Assembly (NCBI RefSeq): GCF_009914755.1 | Contig: NC_060941.1 | Direction: 5' to 3' (one strand) | DNA length: 64,000 nucleotides | From: the human T2T-CHM13v2.0 reference genome, Homo sapiens | Shown: in pieces, positions 1 through 12,120 of the stretch | How positions within the stretch are numbered: the stretch's first letter is position 1 | Layout of the letters: every line of letters begins with the position of its first letter | The notes under the pieces: generated by a model | Database searches by the model: none | Told to the model about the DNA's origin: nothing | The model's input: only the letters and a program-made list of their open reading frames with translations | Translations under genes and position numbers: made by a program

Positions 1-250
1 ACCCCTCCCCTCGTCGACCTGCTCAGCTGTCTGCTGGGCCCTGTGCAGTGATGGTCCAGCAGGGAGGTCCTATGCCCCTTACCCCTGGCTGAGGGCCAAA
101 TGCTCTCCAATTGGTGTTTTATTTTGTGCATCTCGGTCAAGCGAGAGGGATTATCTCTTCGTATGTTATAGGCCAGGGCCCTGTGTTCTCTTTTCATTTG
201 GAAGGTGTATCCTTTTCTTGTTGAAATTTTTTAAAAAGAGTTCTTTGTAA

Positions 251-530
251 GCCAGGCGTGATGGCTAACACCTATAATCCCAGCACTTTGGGAGGCTGAA
301 GTGGGCGGATTGCTTGAGCTTAGGAATTCGAGACCAGCCTAGGCAACATGGCAAAACCGCATCTCTGCAAAAATTAGCTGGGTGAGGTGGTGCGCCTGTA
401 GTCCCGGCTACTCGGGAGGCTGATGTGGGAGGATCATTTGAGTCTGGGAGTTTGAGGCTGCTGTGAGCTGTGGTCATACCACTGCACTCCAGCCTGGGTG
501 ACAGAGTGAGATCCTGTCTAAAAAAAAAAA
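251..530 (+). mobile_element. AluJ
   Basis: Alu dimer with J-type right arm and poly(A) tail; TSD aaaaagagtt(c/a)tttgta on both sides. Confidence 0.95.
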
Positions 531-880
531 AGAGTTATTTGTACATCTTTATCACAGCAGGTACGAGTATCTTGTCCCCAGCTGCCTACTTTTGATTTTA
601 TTTCTGGGATGTTCTTCTACACAGAACATTTTAATCCTGATATTGTCAAGTCTCTGCTTTCCCTTTTAGCTTTTGGAATTCACATCCTGTTTAGAGGTCT
701 CCTGCGTTCTGAAATTATAGGAAAGAATTTCACCCACGTTTTCTTCTAGTACTTCTGTGGTTTCATTTTTACATGTTGAAATCATGAATCCATTGGAATG
801 TATTTTGGTTTCAGCAGCGAGGTAGGGGTAGATGGTATTGCTTGGATACACAGCAGCGAGCTTGGTCTGGAGCGGGTGGG

Positions 881-882
<2 letters not shown>

Positions 883-918
<36 letters not shown>
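883..918. repeat. (GT)18 microsatellite
   Basis: Perfect dinucleotide run. Confidence 0.98.
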
Positions 919-921
<3 letters not shown>

Positions 922-1869
922 ATTTTTATCAGTTTTGGTGTCTGCATTGTGCTGGCTTAGCAAAAACAATTTGGATGCATTTCTTTTACCCTCTGCCTTC
1001 TGGAACATTTTAAGCAGCAACATAATAATCTCTCTGTTAAAACTTTTCAAGAATTCACTCGTGAAACCATCTGAGCCTGATACTTTTGGGGGAGTCTAGC
1101 ACTTTAAAAACTTAAACTTTTTCCATGGGTCTGTGAGTTTGGGAGTTTTTCTTTCTTCTTAAAATTCATTACTATTTTTTTCCTAGAAAAGTGTCTTTTA
1201 GCTTATTTAAAATCCGTCAGCTTATTCCGAGGGGGTTGCTTTAGCTCGCTTAGTGAGGACAGTGTGCAGCGCGGTGATTGACATGATTGATCAGCAGAGC
1301 ACGATCGATCAGTCGGTGTGCAAACATGACTGACTGTGGCCAGCGTCCTGGGATGCTCCATGTTGAGGCACATGTGTGCAGTGCAGGGTGATGTGTATTC
1401 TGAGAGGGGATGAAGCCACAGGACCCCTGCACCCTTAGGAGAGAGCCCCCCTCCCCAAGGCTGCAGTCTTGAGTAGGTAGTGACGGGACTGGGTCTAGGG
1501 GGCTGAGTGGTCCCAGCAGGCCAAGGGCTTCAGGAATTATGAGAAGTTTGGAGTTGCCCAGAGAGCAGCTTTCAAAACCAGTCTGGACTGCAGCCTCCAG
1601 AAAGACATGCGATTGACACCACGAACCAGGACACACCTATATATGGGGTGGGGGTGGGGATGGGATGTATTAATGAAACCAAATTTCCGTGATGGAATTC
1701 TTACCTTTACCATGCGTGTGCTACACTCAGTATTTTCTTTTTTTTTTTTTTTTTCCCCTCTCTCTTTTTTTCTTTTTGTTTGTTTGTTTTGGAGAGAGGG
1801 AAGGCTTTTTTTCATTTTTTTTTAAACAGCTTTATTGAGATCCAAGTAAGCTACTATACAATCCACCAA

Positions 1870-2169
<300 letters not shown>

Positions 2170-2369
2170 CAATCCACCCATTTAAAGTGCATAATTCCAT
2201 GGTTTTCAGTCTATTCAGAGAGTAGTGCAACCATCGTCACCACAACCAATTTTAGAAAATTGAAAATTTGAGAAATTTAGAAAATTTTTTTCTTAAGAAG
2301 AAACCCCGTAGCCTTTAGCTATCAATCCTGCCCTCCTCCTCCATATTTCCTTCCTATCTGTGTGGATTC

Positions 2370-2789
<420 letters not shown>

Positions 2790-3121
2790 TGAGTAATATT
2801 CCACCATGGCATGGACCATTCCATTGTGGACAGACATGTTGCCTTCATCAGCTGAGGGACATTGGGTTGCTGCCACCGCTGGTGAGTGTATTCTTTTCAA
2901 ATTAAAAAAAAAATGCTGGTCACCACCCACTAGATCGTTTTCTTGGCCCACAGGGTGGGACAAGCCGGCCTGGGTGAGGGCCAGGAGGTGGCCAGGTGGA
3001 GGCGGCTGGAGCGGCCCTGGGTTGCCTCTGGGCGCAGCAGGCAGAGGTGCAATGGCAGAGTCTGAGCAGGTTCCCTGGGCGGATCTCCATGCCGGTAATG
3101 TTTGTTTATTCAAGAAGTCTC

Positions 3122-3450
<329 letters not shown>

Positions 3451-3692
3451 AGAAATCTCCAGTGCTGCCCTGTGCCCGGCACCGAAGCCGAGGGAAGGCA
3501 GCATTAGTATGAGCTCCCAGCCCACCGGGCTCCTGTCTGGAGCTGACGTGCGACCAAGGCACACGAGGGAAGCATGGCGAGGTGGACGGTGCGGAGGCAT
3601 AAGGAGCAAAATAAGGCAGATGCAGTGGCTCAGTGGCTCCTGGTGGCTGCGAGGAGCGTGGGCAGGACAGCCCCAGGAGGGCACCTGGAGAG

Positions 3693-4020
3693 CAGGGCCG
3701 GCTGGGGCAAGATGTGTCAGGCACTTGTCAGGAGCAAAATGTAAGGGGACACCAAAGAGCTCAGGAATCAACACAGATAGTATTTAATGCAGTATTTTTC
3801 AATATCGAAATGATGCATAGTAATCTCTATGATGAACAAATGTTGGAATTTTAAATTAAGACAGGCCCAGCCCTGCACGTGCACAGCCCTGTCAGAGTTT
3901 GTTCAGCGTGGAATTTGATTTGTTTAAAATGTTGCTTCAAAATATTGTTTGATTCCTGGATTTTTTGGCACTGCCTTAACTTTTGCACCTGGACGAAGGC
4001 CTCACCCTAATCCCAGCTGG
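3693..4020. mobile_element. MER96/MER96B-like non-autonomous DNA transposon
   Basis: cagggccgg...gcaaaatgtaaggggacacca left arm, imperfect inverted right arm tggcactgccttaacttttgcacc...cctcacccta, AT-rich core. Confidence 0.6.
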
Positions 4021-4834
4021 AGAGGGTCAAGGGCTGGTGAATTTGGCTTTGGACCTGCAGAGCTTGTGGTACCTGAGAGGTGGGGCCAGGAACAGGAAGG
4101 AGCTGGTGAGAACGGCACCCGGTATGGGATGGGGCCAGATCAGAGCAGCACTGTGGCTCTTTCCAACCCGTGGTTTTGCTGCTGGATGCTTGGCGTTGGT
4201 GCTGAGCCCCCGGCCCTCTGAACGGAGTGTGATGAATAACGGGGCCGGGGAGCTCTTGGGCCCCTCCCTGAAGCAGCAGTGAAGCCAGGGACATGCCGGC
4301 AGCAGGCAGGGAGAGGGACGTCTGGTCTGTGCCTGGAGCCAGCTGCCCCATGGAGGAGCTGGGTGAGGATGCGGTGGGAGGAAGACCTTCCCAGTCCTGC
4401 ATCCTCCGAAGCATAACTGAGTGCTTGTGTGGCTTGGGGGTCACTCTGGTCCGAGGACAGTCTTGCTTTGCTTAGCCAGGCTTTGAAGAGCCACCGGGAT
4501 ACGGACAGCAGCCCTGCTGGGTGGCAGGTTGTCCACCCTCGCCCACTCAACGCTGGAACTGGATGCAGAGCACCTGGATGGCCAGTCCCAGAGTGTCTCT
4601 GACACTCCCAGTCACCTCATCCCTTAGACCAGGATAAGATGCGGGATCCCAACCTCGAGCCTCCCATGGGCTCCATTCCATGTGCTCCCATAAGCCACTG
4701 GGCCCACCTCCTGGCTCCAGGGCTGTCTGGCCATTTGGCATCTTGGTTTCCTCATCTGTACAATGAAAATAATAGTCCCAGCCTTCTCGAGGAGTTACAA
4801 GATGCCTTTCGTGTGAAAAACTGGGATTTGGTAC

Positions 4835-5040
4835 CAGACTATCTGGATTTGAATTTTGGCCCTACCCCTCCTAACCTGTGGCTTTGGGCCAATCTGGCCT
4901 CCCTGTCCTCAGTTTCCCCATTTATAGAGCCATCTCATTGAGTTGCTGGGAGGATGAACATAAGGAAGTGTACTCATGTGCCCAGAGCATTGTGATTTTA
5001 CTTATTATTACCAAACGAGGCACACAATAAGTGCCTAATA
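4835..5040 (+). mobile_element. MIR
   Basis: cagactatctggatttgaat...cctcagtttccccattta resembles the MIR core. Confidence 0.6.
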
Positions 5041-6040
5041 GATGCTCAGTGTCATTTCACGGATTCTGTGTGCCTTGTGTGTCTCCAGCAGCCAAGCTCT
5101 GGAGGTGGGGAAGCTGTTGACGAGTTGCACGAGGTAATTAGAAAGAGGAGGCCACAGGTGCAAGGGTTTGGGTGACACCTGTGGACAGAGAGAGGCCGAT
5201 GGACCCTGGCAGAGGGGAAGGGGGCCCTTGCACATAGAAAATGTTTCCTGCATCCAAGATCCTTGTGACTCTGGAACAGAGGCAGCAGAGGTCTGCAAAT
5301 TCCAAATCATAAACCCAGAAAGCATAGAACATTCGTAGAGAGGACCAGAAACATCATATATCTTAGTGTGTATAGAATTTTCCACATAGCCAAACAAAAG
5401 CACGTTTCTAACTGAAGCTGTTGGAGAGTTCCTGAGGACTTTATACCAGACAAGGGCCGGTAAGTGGAAGTTCAATACGCAGGAGCCATTCCTTTTGTTC
5501 ACAAATGTTTGCCGTCTTTTCTGTCTATATCCGCATTCATGTGAGGGCACTCATAGGTCCACCGTCCAGCCCCATGCTTTGTTTGCTACCAAAAAATTTC
5601 TTAAGAATTCCTCAGCTGCAAATCCTCCTACCGGAGGGGGGGTTCCAGGAACCCAGCCTTGCTCGGGGTTGGGGCACCTCAGCACCTGCTGCACAGGCGT
5701 TGGTCATTAAAGGTCATGTGCCGTATCCGTGGGCCCTCGGGGTCTGGTGGCACCTGGGCACACAGTCCAGTGGCGGCCTCCTACCTGCCAGACACTGGGA
5801 GTGGGGGGCTCCTCATTCCTGTTCCCTGGCGGTGGGGGGAGTGCCCCGAGCTGTCACACATCAGAACCCACCGACTCACACGTTGCGGCACCTTACAGCC
5901 CCTTGACAGCCTCTCAGCCTGAGAGACCATCAAACTGAGTTCCTGGAGAGGGTGGCTGTTGAGGCCTGGACACAGGTGTGGACAGGATAGCCCTGCCTCA
6001 TCTCGGAGTCCCGCTCCGGTTCAGCCTCTTGTGGGTCTGA

Positions 6041-6452
<412 letters not shown>

Positions 6453-7147
6453 TGATTTTCTCTTAAGGCCGTGAGGATGTCCACGCCTCCTCCTTTCCTC
6501 ACGGCCCATTGATGTCTCCAGATGCTCTGCAAAGCCACCCTCCCCTCGGGAGCTCCCCAGCTGGTGACGGGGGACCTTTTGGGGATCACTGCCCAGGTAG
6601 TCATGTAGGTCTGTGGGCCGTGCTTCCAGGCTGGACCGAGACCCGGTGCATGGGGTGCTTCTGGTCTGAGCTGAGGCCCCTGGAAGCCACAGCCAGGAGG
6701 CAGCAAGGGACGGCTGTCATGTCCCCTCTCCCCTGTCTCCCAGGGTCCCTGCGGGACAGATTTCCCTGCCTGAGCCTCCTGGTTGCCCATACCCTGGCCT
6801 CCCAAAGCCCAGCCTGAAGCCTTAGGCACCCTACAACCTGCTTCCTCTAGCAGCCTGCCCTGTCTCTTCTCTGCCGATGTTCCTGAAACTTTCCTGCCTC
6901 TCCTTACCTCTTGGCCAGAGAGAGACTGGAGACCCTGTGGGAACCCCCGAGGGGAGGGAGAAGGCCGCTGTTTGAACGGAGGTGGTCTTTCCCTCTGCCC
7001 CTCCCCAGGCGGGTCACACTTGCAGGCCCAGCCTCCTGCTGTGGCAGCGCTTGGGGTGTCGGCTGCCTCCTGGGCACGAGTTGGGAGCTGAGGGAGGCGC
7101 TTTCAGGACCGGAGTGGCAACCCAGCTAGAGGAGGAGTAACAGGCCC

Positions 7148-7394
7148 GTGGTCAGCAGCAGCCGCCGCAGGGACCCCGGCGCTGTACCTGTGCCCCAGCT
7201 GACCCCTCCCGCTTCCCTAGGGTGGGCCGGGGATGGTGGTCTGTTGCCCAGCCCAGGAAGAAGAGGGGCCGTAATCAGCAGCAGCCACCTCAGGGGACCC
7301 CAGCGCTGTACCTGCGACCCAGCTGACCCCTCCCCCTTCCCCAGGGCTGGCTGGGAATGGTGGTCTGTTGCCCAGCCTAGGAGGAAGAGGGGCT
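7148..7394. repeat. Two-copy ~123-bp diverged tandem repeat
   Basis: Unit containing cagcagcagcc...gcgctgtacctg...cagctgacccctccc...atggtggtctgttgcccagcc starts at 7148 and 7271. Confidence 0.9.
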
Positions 7395-8699
7395 GTGGCT
7401 TCCACTCTAGAGGTCTCTCTCCCGGTCCCTCCCCCGGTGCTGGTCTAACTGCAGGCCTGCCTTAGGCCGTGCCGGCACCTGCTGACTGACGCTTAGCGGA
7501 TGCTGATAGGAGAGGGCTGGGATGGGGAAGCAGCAAGTCCCGGTCACTGTGGGCTCGGGTTACAGATGGTTGAGGCACCTCCTGGCCATCCCCAGGAAGC
7601 AAGGCCCCACGCAGCCTCCGACTCACCCACTGCCCGTGTGTATTTCAGGAGGCTGCATCCCCCAAGGCCCCCACCAGGTAACTTCATTGGGCTGGGTGTC
7701 GCTGCAAAACCACCCATTGGGTGCGGTGGTCTTCTGGTGGGGGGCATGGCTGGGGAGGATGCGGTGGAGGAGAAGCCAGCTCCGTGGTTGGGGGGAGGGC
7801 GGACTATCCGTTTCCTGTCTGTCCCCTGAACTGGAGCTCATGGTCCCTCCCCCAGGTGCCTGGGCCATGGAAGAGGTCACAGCCCTGCCTTATTCCTGTG
7901 GCAGCCTAGGGGAGCCCTGGCCAGTCCCGTGTCTCCTGGGAGGGCGACAGCCTGGTCAGGCTGCAGGGCAGGACTGGAATGCAGACCCCTGCTTGGCCAT
8001 GCTGTTGCCTGGCTGCTCTGTCTGGGGACCTTCTGTTCAGGAAGAGAGAAGCGGGCCGGACAGCCCGGCTCAGTGATTGGAAGCTCAGCTCCCCATGTTC
8101 AGTCCAGCAGGAAGTTTGCCTCCTCGGAACACTTGCGTGCTTCTGCATGTGTCTTCTTGGCTGGTGGTTCTGCGAGGCCCCTACTGGGCTGCGTCATGTC
8201 CTCTGGCCACCCTGGCCTTGGTGCCTGGCCCCTGTGAAACAGAGATACCTGGGCAGTCCCCCACTTGTGCTTGCAAGCCTGTGTGGCTTCAGTGATGGCT
8301 GATTCTGCTCCACCCAGAGGACCTGGGAATCCTCAGCCCAACTGTCCAGAGGAGTCTTTCTCAGTGGGGAGAGCCTGAGCTGTCCTCCTGGTGGACAGTC
8401 CTTTAGATCTCAGGCGGACTTCCCTGCCGGCCGTTCCTCCTGCTGCCCCTGCTCCTCTGTCCCCCATCTGTCTCCCACCCTCTCCCCTGCAGCAGCCAGC
8501 TGGCACGGGGACCTCCCCTTCCCTCTGGGATTGTGAATGAGACGACTTTCCTGGTCCTTCTGGGTCTAGATCTTTCTGGCAACAGTCAGTGAAACCCTTG
8601 TCTCAGGTGGGAGGAGAAGGCTCAGTATGTGGTCACAACAACGGTCCTAACCACATCACTCTCAAACGCTGGCTTTCACTTACCCCTTGCCCTGCCCAA

Positions 8700-8815
8700 C
8701 AGTTACTTTCATCATCCCATTTTCCAGATTAGGAAATCAAGGCGCAGAGAGCTTCAGCCACTTGCCTGAGGCCCCCACAGTTAAGTGTCTGGATTTGAAC
8801 CCTGGAGCAGCCTGG
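8700..8815 (-). mobile_element. MIR
   Basis: atcccattttccagattaggaaatcaaggcgcagagag...ggatttgaaccc. Confidence 0.7.
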
Positions 8816-9657
8816 CTGCTGAGCTGTCCTGGAGACGGGGTACTGTGCAGTGGTCGGGGTAGGGGTGGAGCTCTGCCGTCGCTGACTCCCGGGCTACCTG
8901 GAGTGATAACACAGCCCAGTGTCTGGGCCCCTGCCTGAGACTTTGGCTGGATGCCAGGAGCCCGAGACCTTCCAGCTCTTTCCTGTGTAAGGCGCCATGG
9001 GGTGAAATGAAAGAAAACCCCAGTTAGAAGGTGTCCCCCTCTTCCTTCAGTCCCTCAGCTGCCCTGGATTTTGAAATAAGACACCGCCCGTCTGTGGGGT
9101 GAGCAGGAACAGATTGGAACCGCATTTCTCTCCCCCCAGTCACAGCTGCCAGGAGCTCATCTTTCTCTGTCTCCTCCCCCTGCCGCCTCTCCCCACAAGA
9201 CTGGGCTGGATGCTGCTGGGAAAGTCAACAGGAAGTCTTTTGGCTGCGGTGGAGGTGGGGGTCTGTGCTTCCCTGGGGACCGAGATGAGGGCTCCAGGTT
9301 GGCTCCGGCAAGAGCAGGGAGGCTCACGTCTCTGCCTGCTGGTTTTGCTTCCTGTCCTGGGAGAAGGTATCCACATGTCCCAGAATGCACCCTCTGCGTG
9401 TACAGGGATGGCTTTTGGGCCATTCACCTGAGGTTTATTGATCTTTCTCTTTGGAACTGGAGTGGCTCCTCCACGGTGGATTGGGCTGAGCTCTCTGCCT
9501 CGGCCGACGTCTTTCCCCAGGCACTTCCTCTCACCGTGCCAGGGTGCAGGTTGCTAGTGGATGGGTCTTCACCCTCGGGGATTGGCAGCTGCCACGCTCA
9601 TTTCACAGTCGAGACACCCTGGCCGAAGGTTCTGCTAAGCTCCATGGAGTGTAGGGA

Positions 9658-9953
9658 TTTTTTTTGAGACGGTCTCTCTCTGTCGCCCAGGCTGGAGTTC
9701 AATGGCCCAATGTCCCGCTCACTGTGATCTCGACCTCCTAGGCTCAGCAGTCCTCCCATCTCAGCCTACCAAGTAGCTGGGACTACAGGTGTGTGCCACC
9801 ATGCCTGGTTAATTTTTTAATTTTAATTTTTTTTGTAGAAATGGAGTCTTACTATATTTCCCAGGCTGAACTCCAACTCCTGGGCTTAAATGATCCTCCT
9901 GCCTTGGCCTGCCAAAGTGCTGGGATTCCAGGCATGAGCCATTGTGCTCAGCT
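9658..9953 (-). mobile_element. AluJ
   Basis: Diverged antisense Alu dimer. Confidence 0.93.
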
Positions 9954-10459
9954 GGGGTTTTCCTTTAACCCTTCCTGGCCCTTCCCAGGTGCAGGACCCG
10001 GGCCTCAGCCTTATGTGTTCTTGAACAGCTCTGGGCTCTGTCCTGTACCTCCTGGGCGCGTGGTCAGGCCTCTCGTGACATCAGCAGGAGACTCAGGTGA
10101 AGAAGCAGGCAGAACGGAATGCTTGCTCACCCAGCCTCGGGGCCAGGCGGGGCGGCCAGGACAGTAGCAGTGGCTGGTGTGGCTTCCTGGGAGGTCAGCC
10201 CATTGGCGTGGCCAGCGAATGGGGAGGGGAGCTTCTCCCCTTGTCTCCCCTCATTTCTGGTCTCTGGGCCTCCAGGGCCAGGTCTCCAGAGTTCTAGGTG
10301 GAGGATGGAGGTCAGGGAAGCTGGGGTAAGAGCGGGCTGGGGGTGGGTGGTCAGGCGGATCCTGGAAAACCATCCTCTGCAGGTCCCGCTTTCCCCAGGG
10401 AGCACTCAGGGCTGGTCCCGGGGAGCCGGGCTAATGGTCACCTCGGATGGTGCAGGGGT

Positions 10460-10499
10460 CCATCCCCATGAAACCGGGCCCATCCCCATGAAACTGGGC
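10460..10499. repeat. 20-bp tandem duplication
   Basis: ccatccccatgaaac(c/t)gggc x2. Confidence 0.9.
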
Positions 10500-10835
10500 C
10501 CACAGAAGCTTTTGGTTCCGGTTCTGTTCTGCCCCCTGGCTCTTGCTTCCAAAGTAGGACTCAGGATAGCTCTGAATTCCCTGCCGAAATGCAGCTTCCT
10601 GGGCCCTAACCCAGCCCTCCAGAACCAGAGTCTCTGGGGTGGGCCCTCTGCTTGTCTAGCAGCCTCCAGGGGACACTTGTGCCTGCCAGAGCAAGTCTAA
10701 TAAGCACTGCTGTAAACCCCTCGTCCCCACAGCCTTCTGGTTCGTCTCCCTTTTCCTGCTGGGATCTGCATCAGGATTAAATGCCAACATCAGGGATCAG
10801 GTTATACTTGTGAACCCTGAGACAATACCTGCATC

Positions 10836-11168
<333 letters not shown>

Positions 11169-11899
11169 TGAGTTCCCCTTGATAGTTTTGTCCACAGAGT
11201 GAATGTTTAGGAACCGGCGAGGCATCTCTCACCCCCACCCAGATGGCGGCCTGGAGGCAGCGTTTCTGACCCTGTGATGGGATTTGTCTCTCTTGTCCAA
11301 GAGACTTTAGAGATGTGGCCCCTGAATGTGGGGGCCCCTGTTGGGGTGGGAACGGGAGCTGGCCCTGGCCATTGTCCAGTGACCCCATCTCAGTGCCTCG
11401 ATCCTAGCACCCTCGATCTCAGCGCCTCCCCTTCCCCGGCTCCGCGCGGAGATCACGTGGCTTGCGCTGAGCAATCCTCCACTGCCCCCGTCGCGTTCCT
11501 GCTGCAGGGAAGCCTTTCCAGGGAGCCAGCTGACACATTTGGCCTCCATTATTTGTTTTTGAACAGGAATGAAAGGAGAGAGTGAGTAAGAAAGTGGCAG
11601 GAGGTGGGGGTTGCAGAGTAGGGGAAGGTCAGAGAGAGGGGAGGAAAGATCTGGAAAGTCCAGGCATGTGCTCTGGAAGCAGGTGCCAGCGATGAGCTCA
11701 TCTGGAGGGTGGCCGCCCGCCCTGAGCCCTGCCTGGGGCCAGCAGGGAACACTCTGCCAGGGCATGGTCGCTGGGAGCCTGTCCTTGGCTCACTTTCTGC
11801 TGCTTTGAGCGCTGAGCAGATTTGTTTCCATTTTAGGGACAACGCAAGGAGGCTGTCATTCCACCCCTCACCTTATTAATATTTCATGAATCATAAGTG

Positions 11900-12120
11900 A
11901 CCACTTACTGCGTCCTGACGTACTCCAGGCGCTGGGCTCGAAGCTTTATGCGCTTCATGGGATGTATCTGCACTATCGCCGTAGAAAACGGTTCCTGTTA
12001 CTACTGCAGAGAAGAAGGCACCGAGGCACAGAGAGGTTGAGGAACTGGCCTCAGGCCACACAGCTAGAAGCGGCTGACCCTGGCTGTGAACACAGGGCTG
12101 CTTGACTCCAAAGCCTGAGC
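11900..12120 (-). mobile_element. MIR
   Basis: gaggcacagagaggttgaggaactggcctcaggccacacagctag...tgactccaaagcc. Confidence 0.7.

Larger units (their letters stand above)
100..1200 (-). mobile_element. Old L1 (L1M-type) fragments, interrupted by an Alu and a (GT)n tract
   Basis: T-rich antisense L1-like motifs, e.g. gttttcttctagtacttctgtggtttcattttttac (~738) and gaattcactcgtgaaaccatctgagcctg (~1051); boundaries approximate. Confidence 0.65.

Noticed and set aside
1636-1646. CArG box cctatatatgg
   Set aside because: Seven A/T bases between CC and GG, so it does not fit CC(A/T)6GG
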